The notes: a model not told the origin generated them from the sequence alone. Shown: positions 21,634 to 31,822, counted from the first letter of the stretch. The stretch is DNA of 64,000 bases from Alphaproteobacteria bacterium (GCA_965221125.1 CBDCRW010000003.1:462682-526681); one strand, 5' to 3'. Program-made: numbers and translations.

Positions 21634-22245
21634 ATGGCCATTCGCCAGATCGCCAAGATGGGGCATCCCGTGCTGCGCAAGAAGGCCACCCCGGTCGACG
21701 ACCCGACGGATCCGGACATCGCGCGCCTCGCGGCGGACATGCAGGACACGCTGGAGTGGATCGGCGCCGCGGGGATTGCCGCGCCTCAGGTCTATGACAG
21801 CCGGCGTGTCGTGGTCTATCGCATCCTGGCCGATCGCATCCCGCCCGGCGTCGCTCTCGAGCCGCTGCCGTGGACGGTGATGGTCAACCCCGTCATCACG
21901 CCGCTCGGCGAGGAGGTCGGCCTGATCTGGGAGCGTTGCCTGTCGCTGCCGGGCCTGCACGGCAAGGTGCCGCGCTACAAGCGGATCGAGATCACCTATC
22001 AGACCCTGGAGGGAGAGAGCCAGAAGCGGGCCGTCGAGGATTGGCACGCGATGCTTCTGCAGCACGAGTGCGACCACCTGGACGGCATTCTCTATCCGAT
22101 GCGGATGACCGACCTTTCAACCCTGGCGTTCAATGCCGAGCCTGGCGTGCTCGCCGAGGAAGCCGAGACGACGCCGGACCTGGACATGGCCCTCCGCGCC
22201 ATGGTCGAAGCGTGGCCGGCCCGCGAGAAATGGCTCTCGATGTGA
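21634..22245 (+). CDS. def: peptide deformylase (paralog-like, C-terminal extension)
   Basis: Three PDF motifs are present: GIAAPQ, ERCLSLPG (EGCLS-like) and HECDHLDG. 203 aa. It is not next to fmt. Confidence 0.85.
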   Translation: MAIRQIAKMGHPVLRKKATPVDDPTDPDIARLAADMQDTLEWIGAAGIAAPQVYDSRRVVVYRILADRIPPGVALEPLPWTVMVNPVITPLGEEVGLIWERCLSLPGLHGKVPRYKRIEITYQTLEGESQKRAVEDWHAMLLQHECDHLDGILYPMRMTDLSTLAFNAEPGVLAEEAETTPDLDMALRAMVEAWPAREKWLSM

Positions 22246-22317
22246 CCGGAGCGTGGCCGACCGGATGAAGGCGGCGGCGGTGCTGCCCGCCCGCGGCGGC
22301 ACGGACGGAGCGCGCGG

Positions 22318-22776
22318 CTACTGGCCGATGATGCGCTGCTTCTCCCAGCCCTGCTCGTAAGGGCTCCACATCAGGGACATCAGCTTGACGCGCTTGAACT
22401 TCCACGCGCCGTCGACGCGCAGATAGTCGTCCTCGTATTTCGCGGCACCCCAGATCGGCTGGCGACCGTCGTCCTGGGGAAAGCTGCAGGGCTCCAGCAG
22501 AAGCCACTTGCCGGTCGCTGTGTCGCCGTCGATATCGATGATCGGGTTCATCACGTAGTGCACGGCGAAGGGCAGGTGCTGCAGCGCGCGAATGGCCTCG
22601 CGTCCCTCGTGAGTGCCGAAAACGTCGGTTTCGAATACGCCGTCTTCAGTAAACAAGTTGGCCCAATTGTCGCAATCGTGGGCATCGGCATAGTAGCAAT
22701 ACAAACTTCTCAGGCGCTTGATTTCCTCGATATCACGCAGATATTGGATATTTTTCTCAAGTTCGCTTGACGTCAT
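22318..22776 (-). CDS. SnoaL-like / NTF2-fold protein
   Basis: ATG at 22776 preceded by GGGAGAGAAAGG. 152 aa with the DIEEIKRLRSLYCYYAD ... FTEDGVFE pattern typical of SnoaL_4 proteins. Confidence 0.65.
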   Translation of the reverse strand: MTSSELEKNIQYLRDIEEIKRLRSLYCYYADAHDCDNWANLFTEDGVFETDVFGTHEGREAIRALQHLPFAVHYVMNPIIDIDGDTATGKWLLLEPCSFPQDDGRQPIWGAAKYEDDYLRVDGAWKFKRVKLMSLMWSPYEQGWEKQRIIGQ

Positions 22777-22934
22777 GCCTTTCTCTCCCGTCGATCGATC
22801 GAATTGCTCGACATCGCGAGCAAGACCTTCGCAAGCGCGCAACAGTTTCACATAGTTCCGGCACGGGGATGCCGTTGTCAACGGCACGGCACCGGCCGTG
22901 CCCGGCGCAGGCCGTGATCGGGGCGAGAATCCTG

Positions 22935-23822
22935 TCAGGCCCCCGGCGGCGACGTGCAGACCTGCTCGTAGGCGAAGCGCTCGGCGATCAGGCCGTTGTA
23001 GGCGAAGATGTCGAGCGCCGCCTCGAAGGCGGCAGGCGTGATCTCGATGTGCGGCGTCCAGCAGCCGAGCCGCTGGTAGGCCGCGATGCAGCGCTCCAGC
23101 GCCGCCGCGTCGATACCGGGGAAGAAGGATTGCTCGGCGCGGGCGACCTCGGCGGCGGGCGTCTCGTTGAGCCAGAGCCGGGCCTTGCGGTAGGCGCGGG
23201 TAAAGGCGCGGGCCATAGATGTCTCCAGCCAGTCCGGCCGGGCGCACAGGCTGGAAAAACCGCAACGGCCCACCTGCCGGCCCACCTGCGCCACGATATG
23301 GCCGATGCCGTCCGCTTCCAGTTGCTGAGGAAACGGCCCCTGCTGCTGCACGTACTGGCCGGCGCCGTCGCGAAAGGCGCGATCGATCTCCGAGGCGCCG
23401 CCGGGGTGGATCGCCTTCAGCCGGCCGTAGTCGATGCCGGCCTTGTGGCAGGCGTACCTGAACATGGCGAGCGGCTGGCCGCCGCCGAACAGCACCACCT
23501 CGGCGCCCTCCAGCTTGCGCCAGTCGAAATCGGGGTCCGGCTCCCGCGCGGTGAGGAAGAAGCCGTCCGTCTCGTTGATCTGGGCGAAGTGCACGACGCC
23601 GGGCTCCTCGCCCTTGGACAGCGGCCCGAAGGCCTGGCTCGGCGCCGACTGCACGACGTGGGCCGTGCCGTCCTTCAGGGCCGCGATGGCGGAGCTCCCC
23701 GGCGGCGAGACCGACCACTCCCCCTCCAGCCCCTCCTCGGCCAGGAAACCGCCTGCCATCGTCGCGATGAGCGGCGAGTAGAAGGCCGAGAACAGGGTGA
23801 ACTGGATGTCGATGCGAGTCAT
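22935..23822 (-). CDS. NMT1/THI5-like periplasmic-binding-fold protein without signal peptide
   Basis: ATG at 23822 (MTRIDIQFTLFSAFYSPL). 295 aa. Resembles NitT/TauT-type binding proteins but has no signal sequence or lipobox. Confidence 0.55.
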   Translation of the reverse strand: MTRIDIQFTLFSAFYSPLIATMAGGFLAEEGLEGEWSVSPPGSSAIAALKDGTAHVVQSAPSQAFGPLSKGEEPGVVHFAQINETDGFFLTAREPDPDFDWRKLEGAEVVLFGGGQPLAMFRYACHKAGIDYGRLKAIHPGGASEIDRAFRDGAGQYVQQQGPFPQQLEADGIGHIVAQVGRQVGRCGFSSLCARPDWLETSMARAFTRAYRKARLWLNETPAAEVARAEQSFFPGIDAAALERCIAAYQRLGCWTPHIEITPAAFEAALDIFAYNGLIAERFAYEQVCTSPPGA

Positions 23823-24182
23823 CGGCGGTGCTCCTTCGGCCCGATAGCGGGGGGCGCGGCCCTGCCGGCCGGCAATGCCGCCCCGTCCGTCGACCTGTTG
23901 GCGGCGCGCAGAATACAGCACCCCGATGCCCGCCGGCATTACCGGACGCTCAGCGGGTGACGTGCGCGATTATGTGTCAGTGGGGAAAGGGGTACTCCCT
24001 GTGGTTAGCGAACAGCCACGGCGAGCACCGGGACGGCCGCTGGCGCGCCGGGCGCCTGGTCATCCTTGCAGAGCATGGCCTCTCCGACTGCACTCAACTA
24101 ACATCCGATGTGGACCGTCCTGCGGGGCCGGTTGCACCCGCTTCGACACGGTCGACAGGCAATTCACGAACGGGAGGAGATC

Positions 24183-25310
24183 ATGCGACTGCTCAAGATA
24201 TGCGCCCTGGCCGCCGCCGGGATGTTCTTCGCGGTGTCGGCGAGCGCCGACTACGAGGGCGTGCCCCGCACCTTCCTGTGGAACCCCGGCAGCGTCGACA
24301 TCTACGACGCGGCCGAGCACAAGAAGGACGGCCCCTACGTCATTGGCTTCTCCAACGCGAGCCTGTCCAATCCCTGGCGCGTCGCCATGCTGCACGGCAT
24401 CGAGGCCGCCGCCGAGCGCAACAAGGACAAGCTCGAGCGCTTCATCATCACCGACGCGAACGACAACCCCTCCAAGCAGGCCGCCGACATTCAGGACCTG
24501 CTCGCCCAGGGCGTCGACATCCTTCTCGTCAGCCCGGCGACCGCCGAAGCGCTGGATCCCGCGCTCCGCCGCGCGAACAAGAGCGGCGTGCCGATCGTGC
24601 TGGTGGACCGCGAGGTCACGTCCAAGGACAGCTACATCACCTTCGTCACCGCCTCCGACCAGGCGCTGGGGCGCATCTCCGCCCAGTGGCTGGCGGAGAC
24701 GCTGAACTTCGAGGGCAAGGTGGTGATGCTGGGCGGGCTGGCCGGCGCCTCGCCTGCGGAGAACCGCATCAAGGCGGCGCACGAGGTCTTCAACCAGTAC
24801 CCCGGCATCGAGGTGCTGGAGGTCCAGTACACCTCCTGGTCGCCGGCCAACGGCAAGACCATCATGGCGGCGCTCATTCAGAAGTACGGCCAGGATATCG
24901 CCGGCGTCTGGGCCGATTCCGGCCTGCAGGGCTCGGGCTCGATCGAGGCCTTCCTCGCCGCCGGCTACGAGGCCGGGTCGATCCCGCCGCATACGGGCGG
25001 GGACTTCAACGCGATGTACCAGCTGAGCGTGCAGAACCAGGTTCCGATGGTCGGCATCGACTATCCGCCCGCCATGGGCGCCGTGTCCTTCGAGTTGCTG
25101 TTCGACGTGCTGGCCGGCAAGGGCATTCCGCGCCGGATCGAGGTGAACCAGCAGATCGTGGTCTCCGAGGGCGCCGAGACCGCCTCGGTGCAGGCGGATG
25201 TCTACGTCAAGGACTACGCCCTGATGGACAAGCCGGGCTCGGTCATCATGTCGAGCGGTGTGGGCCCGGACTACGATCCGGAGACCTTCTCGGCCGATTA
25301 TCCGAAGTAG
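24183..25310 (+). CDS. monosaccharide ABC transporter substrate-binding protein (PBP1/CUT2 type)
   Basis: ATG at 24183 after GGGAGGAG. Sec signal MRLLKICALAAAGMFFAVSASA. Confidence 0.85.
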   Translation: MRLLKICALAAAGMFFAVSASADYEGVPRTFLWNPGSVDIYDAAEHKKDGPYVIGFSNASLSNPWRVAMLHGIEAAAERNKDKLERFIITDANDNPSKQAADIQDLLAQGVDILLVSPATAEALDPALRRANKSGVPIVLVDREVTSKDSYITFVTASDQALGRISAQWLAETLNFEGKVVMLGGLAGASPAENRIKAAHEVFNQYPGIEVLEVQYTSWSPANGKTIMAALIQKYGQDIAGVWADSGLQGSGSIEAFLAAGYEAGSIPPHTGGDFNAMYQLSVQNQVPMVGIDYPPAMGAVSFELLFDVLAGKGIPRRIEVNQQIVVSEGAETASVQADVYVKDYALMDKPGSVIMSSGVGPDYDPETFSADYPK

Positions 25311-25405
25311 ATCACCGATGATGGTGGGCGATCCCCCGGCCCGGACCGGCGGGGGACCGTTCGCCGCGGCGGCCGGTCGTTGCCGCTGCCCGGAGGAACG
25401 GCGAG

Positions 25406-26932
25406 ATGGCTGATCCGGTGCTTGCCGCACGGGGCATGACGAAGTCCTTCGGCAGCAACGAGGTCCTCCGCAACGTCGATTTCGAGGTCATAGCCGGGCG
25501 CAACATCGCGCTCTGCGGCGAAAACGGTGCCGGCAAGTCGACCCTCATCAAGCTCATGACAGGTGTCTACACGCCGTCCGCCGGGCAGGTCCTGCTGGAT
25601 GGCGAGCCGGTGGTCTTCGCCGGACCCAAGGAGGCGATCGGCGCCGGCATCGCCGTCGTCCATCAGGAATTCTCCACCATCTCGGCGCTCACGGTGGCCG
25701 AGAACGTGTTCCTGGAGAAGGAGCCGCGCAACCGGCTCGGCCTGGTCGACCGGCGCGCGCTGCGCCGCGACTGTCGCGCCCTGCTGCAGGAGCTTGGCAT
25801 CGACCTAGACCCCGACGCGACGCTCGACAGGCTGAGCGTCGCCGAGGCGCAGATGGTGGAGATCGCCAAGGCGCTGCGCTCGCGCGCGCGGGTGCTGATC
25901 CTGGACGAGCCGACGGCGGTGCTCTCGCACCGGGAGATCGACCATCTGTTCCGCATTCTTCGCGACCTGCGCGAGCAGGGGATGGGCCTCGTCTACGTCT
26001 CGCACCGGCTGGACGAGATCTTCGAGGTGTGCACCGACATCTGCGTGCTCAAGGACGGCGACGTGACCTCGGCGGGGCGGATCGGCGACTACGACCACGA
26101 CCGGGTCGTGGCCGCCATGGTGGGGCGCAGCCTGGGCGAGCTGTTTCCGCCGAAGAGCGGGCCGGCGCGCGATGCGGCGCCGGTGCTCTCGTTGCGCGGC
26201 CTCGTCGCCGAAGGCGGCGCGGCGCCGGTCGATTTCGATCTCCGCCCCGGCGAGATCGTAGGGCTGGCGGGTCTGGTCGGCTCAGGGCGGACCGAGCTGG
26301 CGCTCGCGATCTTCGGCGCGGCGCGCGGCAGCGGCGCGGTCGAGCTCTCCGGCGCGGCCTACGACAAGCGCTCGCCCGGTCGCAGCCTCGGCGCCGGCCT
26401 CGCCATGCTGACGGAGGACCGCAAGGCCGACGGACTCTTCCCCGACGCCTCGGTCGCCTGGAATTTCGCGGCCTCGACACTGGGCAAGGGCGCCCGGTCG
26501 CTCGCGCTCTCGCCACGCAACGAAGAGGAGCGTTCCCGCTCCGTGGTCGAGCGCTTCAAGGTCGTCGTCGACCACGTCGGGCAGCCCATTTCGGCGCTCT
26601 CCGGCGGCAACCAGCAGAAGGTGCTCATCGGCCGTCTGCTGGAGAACGCGCCTGAGGTCCTGCTCCTCGACGAGCCGACGCGCGGCGTGGACGTCGCGAC
26701 CAAGGCCGAGATCTACCGCACCTTGCGCGCTCTGGCCCGCGACGGCGTGGCGATCTTGGTCATCTCCTCGGAGCTGATCGAGATCGTCGGGCTATGCGAC
26801 CGGGTCCATGTGATGCGCGACGGCGCCATCGCCGCAGAGCTGTTGGGCGACGCCATCACGGAAGACGGCATCATGGCGATTGCCGCCGCCGCGGCGGGAG
26901 GCAGCGAACCCGCATCGCAACCTCATGACTGA
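25406..26932 (+). CDS. sugar ABC transporter ATP-binding protein (duplicated ABC domains)
   Basis: Walker A GENGAGKSTL, Walker B LILDEPT, signature LSGGNQQKV. 508 aa. Confidence 0.9.
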   Translation: MADPVLAARGMTKSFGSNEVLRNVDFEVIAGRNIALCGENGAGKSTLIKLMTGVYTPSAGQVLLDGEPVVFAGPKEAIGAGIAVVHQEFSTISALTVAENVFLEKEPRNRLGLVDRRALRRDCRALLQELGIDLDPDATLDRLSVAEAQMVEIAKALRSRARVLILDEPTAVLSHREIDHLFRILRDLREQGMGLVYVSHRLDEIFEVCTDICVLKDGDVTSAGRIGDYDHDRVVAAMVGRSLGELFPPKSGPARDAAPVLSLRGLVAEGGAAPVDFDLRPGEIVGLAGLVGSGRTELALAIFGAARGSGAVELSGAAYDKRSPGRSLGAGLAMLTEDRKADGLFPDASVAWNFAASTLGKGARSLALSPRNEEERSRSVVERFKVVVDHVGQPISALSGGNQQKVLIGRLLENAPEVLLLDEPTRGVDVATKAEIYRTLRALARDGVAILVISSELIEIVGLCDRVHVMRDGAIAAELLGDAITEDGIMAIAAAAAGGSEPASQPHD

Positions 26933-27872
26933 CCTCGCGCGCGCCGTCCGCTTCCAGAACGTCCATCTGGCGATCGTCGGGCTGATCGCAGCGGTCTTCA
27001 TCGTCGGCGTGTTCGCGTCCGACCGCTTCGTCACCGTGCTGAACATCGCCAATGTCCAGGACCAGCTCGTCGCGCTCGCGCTGGTCGCGCTCGCTCAGAC
27101 CGTGGTGATCCTGTCGGGCGGTATCGACCTCTCGTTCGCCGGGCTGCTCGGCCTCCTCTCGGTGCTGTTCGCCACCTTTGCCGGGGCCGATCCGGCGACC
27201 TTCGCCGCCGCCTACATCGGCATCCTCGCGCTCGGCACGGCCATCGGCGCGTTGACCGGCGGGATCATCGCCTACAGCGGCATTCACCCGTTGATCGTGA
27301 CGCTCGCCACGTCGATCATCATGGCAGGTGCTGCGCTGCTCCATACCAAGCAGCCGTCCGGCTCGGTGCCGATCTTCTTCGAAGACATCGTGTATGCCCG
27401 GTTCTTCGGCTTCATCCCGTGGGGAACGCTGTTCGTCGTCGCGGCCTACGGGGCCGTGGGCTTCGTGCTCTGGCGGACCCGGTTCGGCATCCGCGTCTAT
27501 GCCATCGGCGACGACGAGCGGGCGGCGACGATCTCCGGCGTTCCGGTCAAGCTGACCAAGGTGCTGATCTATGCCCTCTCCGGCTTTATCGCCGCGCTGG
27601 CCGCGATCTACCTGGTGGGCCGGTTCGGCGTGGGCGATCCGCGCGCGGGCATCGGCTTCGATCTGCGCTCCATCACGCCGGTGATCGTGGGCGGCACGCT
27701 GCTGGCCGGCGGCCGCGGCGGCGTGCTGGGCACGTTCCTCGCCGTCATCCTCCTGGCTCTTCTCGCCAACGTGCTGAACTTCCTGAACGTCTCCAACTTC
27801 TATCTCTGGATCGTCGAAGGCGTGATCATCGTCGTCGCGGTCTCGCTGTTTGTGGGCAGGGCGCGGTCATGA
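26925..27872 (+). CDS. sugar ABC transporter permease
   Basis: The ATG at 26925 overlaps the ATPase 3' end. Hydrophobic RbsC-like ORF. Confidence 0.8.
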   Translation: MTDLARAVRFQNVHLAIVGLIAAVFIVGVFASDRFVTVLNIANVQDQLVALALVALAQTVVILSGGIDLSFAGLLGLLSVLFATFAGADPATFAAAYIGILALGTAIGALTGGIIAYSGIHPLIVTLATSIIMAGAALLHTKQPSGSVPIFFEDIVYARFFGFIPWGTLFVVAAYGAVGFVLWRTRFGIRVYAIGDDERAATISGVPVKLTKVLIYALSGFIAALAAIYLVGRFGVGDPRAGIGFDLRSITPVIVGGTLLAGGRGGVLGTFLAVILLALLANVLNFLNVSNFYLWIVEGVIIVVAVSLFVGRARS

Positions 27873-28822
27873 TCGCGCGCCTGCTCGGTGGCGGCGGCAC
27901 GGTGCGCGGCCGGAAGACCCGCGAAATCCTGCTGCTGCTCGCGTTCCTCGTCCTGATCTGGGGAATCACGACGGTGCTCTCGCCGCGCTTCCTGAGCGTC
28001 AAGAACATCACCGACATCCTGGTGCAGGCCGCGCCCTTGGGCTTCGTCGTCATCGGCCAGATGGTCGTGATCGTGGTGCGGGGCCTCGACCTCTCCGTGG
28101 CTTCGATCATGGCGACGGCAGCGGTGCTCTCCATCGGCGTGTTCGACAACACCGCCACCGCCTTCGTCGCTGCCCTGCTGCTCGGCGCGCTCGTCGGCGG
28201 CGTCAACGGCTACCTCGTGAGCTATCGGCGGGTGACGCCCTTCCTGGCCACGCTGGCGACGATGATCGTGCTGCAGGGCATCCGCTTCGCCTACACCAAG
28301 GGCGCGCCGAGCGGCTCGCTGCCGGACACCTTCCGCTACCTCGCAACGGGCGACGTCGGCGGCGTGCCGGTCATCCTGATCGTGCTGATCGCGGTCGCCA
28401 TCGCCGCGCACTGGATGCTGGAGCGCAGCGTCCCCGGACGGCAGCTCCTGCTCTACGGCGACAATCCGGAAGCCGCCTACATGGCCGGCCTGCCGGTCAA
28501 GCGCATCCTGATTTCGGCCTATGTCGTCTCCGGGGTTCTCGCCGCAACCGCCGGGCTCTTCCTGGTGGGATACGTCGGCATCGTCGACAACTGGACCGGC
28601 CAGGGCTACGAGCTGGACAGCATCGCGGCAGCCGTGATCGGCGGCGCCTCCCTGCGCGGTGGCAAGGGCAGCGTGATCGGCGCCCTGCTGGCGGCGCTGA
28701 TCCTGGTGTCCCTCTTCAACATCGTGGTCATCCTGGGCCTCTCCATCGAGTTCCAGATGGTGGTGAAGGGGGCGTTGATCCTGCTCGCCGCAGTGGTCTA
28801 CATCCGGCGCACCCGCGACTGA
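27869..28822 (+). CDS. sugar ABC transporter permease
   Basis: The ATG at 27869 overlaps the preceding stop (ATGA). Hydrophobic RbsC-like ORF of 317 aa. Confidence 0.85.
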   Translation: MIARLLGGGGTVRGRKTREILLLLAFLVLIWGITTVLSPRFLSVKNITDILVQAAPLGFVVIGQMVVIVVRGLDLSVASIMATAAVLSIGVFDNTATAFVAALLLGALVGGVNGYLVSYRRVTPFLATLATMIVLQGIRFAYTKGAPSGSLPDTFRYLATGDVGGVPVILIVLIAVAIAAHWMLERSVPGRQLLLYGDNPEAAYMAGLPVKRILISAYVVSGVLAATAGLFLVGYVGIVDNWTGQGYELDSIAAAVIGGASLRGGKGSVIGALLAALILVSLFNIVVILGLSIEFQMVVKGALILLAAVVYIRRTRD

Positions 28823-29712
28823 CCGTCATCGGCAGCGAGCGAAATCCCTCTCTCTTCAAGAGGTGTCGACACGAAGCGGGCGGCGGCGGCCTGGGCGGCG
28901 GCGATGGCATCCTCCATCGCGGCGGACGCGGCCACGCGGGCTGCGAGCGCGCCCACGAACACGTCGCCGGCACCGTGGGCGGAAACCACCGATACAGGGC
29001 GGACCGCATGGTGCTGCGCCTCGCTCCGCCGGTTTCGATGGACCAGGCCGTCGCGCCCCAGGGTGATGATGATCTCCCCGTCGAAGCCCGCCGGCGCCCG
29101 CGTCACCGCTTCCAGCGCGTCCTTGGGGCTTCGGATCGGAACCGCCAACAGCGCCTCCGCCTCGATGCGGTTGACGATGAGAAGGTCCACCAGCCCGAGC
29201 ATCTCCGGCGACAACGGGCGCATCGGCGCAGCGTTCAGGACCACCGTCGCACCGCTCTTGCGGGCCTCGGCCGCGACCGCTCGATTGACCGCCTCGGGCA
29301 CCTCGTTCTGCATGACGAGGACGCGGGCGCCTTCCGGCATCGCGAAGCCATCCGCAGAGAGTTGCCGGTTGGCGGACGAGACGACCACCGCGCCGTATTC
29401 TCCGTCCGCACCCACGACGGCGACGCTGAGGCCGGACATGGCCTCCTCGTCCCGCTGAATGAGGGAGGTGTCGACGCCGGCCGCGCGGAGATTGTCGACG
29501 AGCGACGCCGCGAAGATGTCGCCGCCGACGCACCCCAGCATGGCGGTCGGCGCGCCGTGGCGACTGGCGGCGACGGCCTGGTTGCCGCCCTTGCCGCCGC
29601 AGACGAGCGTCACCGCCTCGCCCATGAGGGTTTCGTCCGGGGCGGGCAGGCGCGGCGCGGTGACGACGACGTCAAGATGCAGGGAGCCGACGACGACGAC
29701 CCCGCCGGTCAT
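28798..29712 (-). CDS. PfkB-family carbohydrate kinase (ribokinase-like)
   Basis: 304 aa with GGKGGNQAVA (ribokinase GGKGANQA-like) and the C-terminal GAGDVFVGAL ATP/anion-hole motif. Confidence 0.8.
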   Translation of the reverse strand: MTGGVVVVGSLHLDVVVTAPRLPAPDETLMGEAVTLVCGGKGGNQAVAASRHGAPTAMLGCVGGDIFAASLVDNLRAAGVDTSLIQRDEEAMSGLSVAVVGADGEYGAVVVSSANRQLSADGFAMPEGARVLVMQNEVPEAVNRAVAAEARKSGATVVLNAAPMRPLSPEMLGLVDLLIVNRIEAEALLAVPIRSPKDALEAVTRAPAGFDGEIIITLGRDGLVHRNRRSEAQHHAVRPVSVVSAHGAGDVFVGALAARVAASAAMEDAIAAAQAAAARFVSTPLEERGISLAADDGQSRVRRM

Positions 29713-30713
29713 CCGCCGCTTCCGTAGAGCGCAGAAGCGACGATGCGCTGGCTCGCCGTCGCGTCATGCCGGGCGATGGCCTGCGCCAAGCGTTCGTCCT
29801 CGGCCAACGCTGCGGCGACCCTTCGCAGGCGCTCGATGGTCTCGATGTTGGCGCCGCACTCCGCCACCGGATCGAGCCCGCCGGTATCGGGGAAGGTGTC
29901 GAAGTAGATCGCCCGGTCGTAGCCGCAGCGGCGGAGCGCCACCAGCAGCTCGACGGTCTGGACGGGGTGCACCGTCCCCGCCATCAGGCCGTCGTCGCGC
30001 TTGCCGTAGCCGTCGTTGAGCTGGACGCCGAGCAGCCGCGAGTGGCGGTTCACGAGGTGGACCGTGTGCGCCGGCATCTCGCCCGCGTAGAGGACGTGCG
30101 CGAAGTCGAGCGTGACGCCGAGGTTCACCGCCCCCACTTCGCGGATCGCGAGCAGGGTCGTGCCCACGTCCCGCATGAGGGAATAGCTGCGGGGCTCGTC
30201 CGGCTTGTACTCGAGCGCGATGTCGACGGCGGGATTGTGCGCGGCCAGCGCTTCGACGGCCGCGATCGTGTCGTCCCACATCCGTCCGTAATCGGCCTGG
30301 AAGGGATAGTCGAAACCGTCCTGGCCGAGCCAGAGCGTCATCAGAGAGCCGCCCATCTCGGCGAGCGCGTCGAGGCCGCGGCGGGTGAGGTCGATGGCCT
30401 TGCGCCGCCGGGTGGGGTCGGGATTGGTGAGCGCGCCCAGCCTGAAGTCGGCATCCGAGTAGTAGCGCATCGCGAGCCCGTTCAGCCCGATGCCGAGCCG
30501 GTCGAGAACGGCGGAAAGCTCCTTCGGGCTCGTGCCCTCGAAGTGATCCGGGTAGTTGAGGTCGGCGGCGTTGAGGCCCTTCACCGTCGCCGCCCGCTCC
30601 AGCAGGTCCGCCGTCGTCACCCGGTTCTTGCCGGGCCAGTACGCCTCGGCGCCGACCCTGAAGGAGTTCAGCCGGGCGGCGTAGCGGGGCGGCTCGGCGG
30701 CGCGCATTCTCAC
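29709..30713 (-). CDS. sugar phosphate isomerase/epimerase (xylose isomerase-like TIM barrel)
   Basis: 334 aa. Its stop overlaps the kinase start by 4 nt. The pattern LEYKPDEPR ... LDFAHV ... NDGYG is typical of AP-endonuclease-2/XylA-like TIM barrels. Confidence 0.7.
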   Translation of the reverse strand: MRMRAAEPPRYAARLNSFRVGAEAYWPGKNRVTTADLLERAATVKGLNAADLNYPDHFEGTSPKELSAVLDRLGIGLNGLAMRYYSDADFRLGALTNPDPTRRRKAIDLTRRGLDALAEMGGSLMTLWLGQDGFDYPFQADYGRMWDDTIAAVEALAAHNPAVDIALEYKPDEPRSYSLMRDVGTTLLAIREVGAVNLGVTLDFAHVLYAGEMPAHTVHLVNRHSRLLGVQLNDGYGKRDDGLMAGTVHPVQTVELLVALRRCGYDRAIYFDTFPDTGGLDPVAECGANIETIERLRRVAAALAEDERLAQAIARHDATASQRIVASALYGSGG

Positions 30714-30757
30714 GTCCTCGGTGGACAGCCGGCGGCGGTCGTTCGCTCGGTCTGTGG

Positions 30758-31822
30758 TCAGAGACGCACGCCGGTCGCACTGTCGAAGAGGTGCGTCTGG
30801 TCGCTGCGCGGGCGCAGGTGCACCGTCTCGCCGGGCTTGAAGAAGTAGCGGTCCCGGAACAGCGCAACGACTTCGGTCTCGCCGAAGCGCAGGAAGACCA
30901 GCGTCTCGGAGCCCGTAGGCTCGACCACGGAGACACGCGCGGGAAAGCCGTCCCCTTCTTCGCCGATATCGAGGTGCTCCGGCCTGACCCCGTAGACGAC
31001 CGGCTGCCCTGCCTCCCCTGCGCAGTCCGCCCCGACGGGGAAGCGGTGCCCATTCGCCTCGACGGAGACCGTGCCGTCGCGGCGCAGCGTCCCCTGGATC
31101 AGGTTCATGGCGGGCGAGCCGATGAAGGTCGCCACGAACACGTTCTTGGGCTCGTCGAACAGCTCGAGCGGCGTGCCGACCTGCTCAACGAGGCCGTCCT
31201 CCATGACCACGATCTTGTCGGCCATCGTCATCGCCTCGATCTGGTCGTGGGTGACGAAGACGGTGGTGGTGCCGAGACGCTGGTACAGCTCCTTGATCTC
31301 GGTGCGCATCTGGATGCGGAGCTTGGCGTCGAGGTTGGACAGCGGCTCGTCGAAGAGGAACACCTGCGGGTCGCGCACGATGGCACGGCCCATGGCGACG
31401 CGCTGGCGTTGGCCGCCCGAGAGCTGGCGCGGATAGCGGTGCAGGTAAGGCGTGAGGCCGAGCGTTTCCGCCGCCTGCTCCACGCGCTGCTTCACGATCG
31501 CGCGGTCGGTCTTCCGCACCTTCAGCGAGAAGGCGAGGTTGGCGGCGACCGTCTTGTGCGGATAGAGCGCGTAGTTCTGGAACACCATGGCGATGTCGCG
31601 CTCCGCCGGCGGCAGGTTGTTCACCACCCGCTCGCCGATGCGGATCGTGCCGGCGGTCACGTCCTCGAGGCCCGCGATCATGCGCAGCAGCGTGGACTTG
31701 CCGCAGCCGGAGGGGCCCACCAGCACCACGAACTCGCCGTCCGGGATGTCGATGTCGACGCCGCGGATGACCTCGACCGACCCGAACGATTTTCGCAGCT
31801 CGCGGATGGTGACCTCAGCCAT
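30758..31822 (-). CDS. CUT1 carbohydrate ABC transporter ATP-binding protein (MalK/UgpC type)
   Basis: Walker [13 protein letters not shown], signature [14 protein letters not shown], Walker [12 protein letters not shown], plus a C-terminal TOBE-like domain. Confidence 0.9.
   Translation of the reverse strand: MAEVTIRELRKSFGSVEVIRGVDIDIPDGEFVVLVGPSGCGKSTLLRMIAGLEDVTAGTIRIGERVVNNLPPAERDIAMVFQNYALYPHKTVAANLAFSLKVRKTDRAIVKQRVEQAAETLGLTPYLHRYPRQLSGGQRQRVAMGRAIVRDPQVFLFDEPLSNLDAKLRIQMRTEIKELYQRLGTTTVFVTHDQIEAMTMADKIVVMEDGLVEQVGTPLELFDEPKNVFVATFIGSPAMNLIQGTLRRDGTVSVEANGHRFPVGADCAGEAGQPVVYGVRPEHLDIGEEGDGFPARVSVVEPTGSETLVFLRFGETEVVALFRDRYFFKPGETVHLRPRSDQTHLFDSATGVRL

Noticed and set aside
23917-23962. 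TPP-riboswitch-like fragments upstream of the NMT1/THI5-like gene (minus strand: ACCC, GCTGAG, CCGGTAATGCCGGCG, GGGGTGC)
   Set aside because: The pieces are in the wrong 5'-3' order for the THI element (GGGGTGC should precede CTGAGA and the pyrimidine-sensor helix), and CTGAGA itself is imperfect. This is most likely chance similarity in a palindromic GC-rich stretch. cmsearch with RF00059 would settle it.
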